DNA from: Candidatus Acidiferrales bacterium
GTDB lineage: Bacteria > Acidobacteriota > Terriglobia > Acidiferrales > UBA7541
DNA: 54,018 nucleotides
Assembly: GCA_035264005.1 (NCBI GenBank)
Contig: DATFQU010000349.1
Coordinates: forward strand, 1-54,018
Direction: 5' to 3'
The position numbers and the translations under genes were made by a program. This document shows positions 53,147 to 54,018 of this stretch, in pieces. Each line of letters begins with the position of its first letter. Within the stretch, counting starts at the first letter, position 1. Below the pieces are notes generated by a model. The model was given only the letters and a program-made list of their open reading frames with translations. It made no database searches and was not told where the DNA came from.

Positions 53147-53871
53147 GTCGTGCCTTTTTGCTCGACAAGAGACTGCGGGAAGCAATCAAGCATTTCTGGT
53201 CAACGCGTGAGACCCAAGCACAAACGCAAGGCTCGACCACCGGCTTACGAGATGCCGGCACTCGCACGGCAGTTACCGGCGGCCGTCAGATGGATGGCTT
53301 CGTATCGCTTGTGCAAGATTTCCTTTGCCACAACGGTCTTGTTAAGACGGACGTTCATTGCGAGACCCGGCTCGAACTGCCGGGATGGTATCGGCCGGAG
53401 AAGAAGTGGGATCTATTGGTCGTATCTGACGGACAACTAATGGCCGGAATCGAATTCAAGTCTCAAGTCGGTTCTTTCGGGAACAACTATAACAATCGCA
53501 CTGAGGAAGCGATTGGCAGCGCCGTTGATATATGGGCAGCATATCGCGAGGGAGCGTTCAAACCCTCGGCCCGCCCATGGCTCGGCTACCTGATGCTTCT
53601 GGAGGATGCGCCAGGCTCGACTCGTCCGGTTCGCGCGCAGCAGCCGCACTTCAAGGTTTTTCCTGAATTCAAATTCGCGTCTTATGCCAAACGTTACGAA
53701 ATCCTACTCATGAAACTCGTCCGTGAACGGCTCTATGACTCAGCATGCTTCCTGATGTCGAATGCCGCAAGCGGGCCAAAGGGCCGCTATAGTGAGCCCA
53801 TATCCGAACTGTGCTTCAAGAACTTTATGTCGTCACTACTCGCGCGTGCCATCTCTATTGCTAAGACATAA
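53143..53871 (+). CDS. type II restriction endonuclease, probably PaeR7I/XhoI family
   Basis: Track ORF 53011..53871. I prefer ATG 53143 (MSRAFLLDKRLREAIKHFW...), which is coupled to the methylase. The candidate PD-(D/E)xK core is KKWDLLVV...AGIEFKSQVGSFGNNYNNRTEEAIGSA. Overall size (242 aa) and the GGRQMDGF / WLGYLMLLED segments match my recollection of the PaeR7I/XhoI family. This is not verified by search. Confidence 0.65.
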   Translation: MSRAFLLDKRLREAIKHFWSTRETQAQTQGSTTGLRDAGTRTAVTGGRQMDGFVSLVQDFLCHNGLVKTDVHCETRLELPGWYRPEKKWDLLVVSDGQLMAGIEFKSQVGSFGNNYNNRTEEAIGSAVDIWAAYREGAFKPSARPWLGYLMLLEDAPGSTRPVRAQQPHFKVFPEFKFASYAKRYEILLMKLVRERLYDSACFLMSNAASGPKGRYSEPISELCFKNFMSSLLARAISIAKT

Positions 53872-54018
53872 AGATTGACGGGACCCCCTTACTCATCTCT
53901 CCTACCCCGAGCGATTCCTCCTTTTTCCCTCTATAATCCCTTCACTACGGAACCGGCTTCGCTGAACGGCGCCCACGTCATTCAGCGCTTCGGGGTGTGA
54001 ACGGAAACTATGTCATCG

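Noticed and set aside
53930-54018. TATAAT (53931..53936) followed by a hairpin (cgctgaa...ttcagcg) and a GGGGTGTGAACGG stretch, considered as the 5' end of tmRNA or another small RNA
   Set aside because: It lacks the GGAUUCGAC-type tmRNA acceptor/T-arm element, and I saw no match to the RNase P, SRP or 6S consensus. The sequence runs off the window, so nothing can be concluded. It may simply be a 5' UTR for a gene starting near 54010.

Overview
This 54-kb window is densely coding chromosomal DNA. G+C looks moderately high by eye; I did not compute it. It is most likely from an Acidobacteriota (Terriglobia-like) genome. The evidence is a set of lineage-typical families:
- a PadR regulator followed by two tandem ADOP-type duplicated FtsX permeases
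- three TIGR03436-type VWFA proteins
- a PEP-CTERM protein
- a CarboxypepD_reg-type TonB-dependent receptor
- a B-box zinc-finger membrane protein

Housekeeping genes I recognise with confidence are aroA, uvrC, uvrA, deoB and kdsB. There is also an RND efflux pair (adaptor plus pump) and a NuoF-like fragment at the left edge.

I found no rRNA, tRNA, CRISPR array, transposase or integrase.

The most interesting region is 44.26-48.6 kb. A BlaI-family repressor is translationally coupled to an M56 (BlaR1-like) membrane protease. Its extracytoplasmic part is about 13 in-frame tandem copies of a 28-aa unit that I cannot assign to a named family. The next gene encodes a secreted protein built from a His/aromatic-rich 29-aa variant of the same unit.

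Other points of interest:
- a five-gene ECF sigma/anti-sigma envelope module with a thrice-repeated 2-TM hairpin and a polyproline tail at a TAATG junction
- a uvrA operon that runs into four exported or zincin genes with overlapping stops and starts
- an S55 (SpoIVB-like) peptidase in which the Ser motif precedes the first histidine
- a compact type II restriction-modification pair at the right end
- a class II EPSP synthase signature

All coordinates and motif positions were counted by hand from the sequence. Family assignments come from motif recognition, not from database searches.
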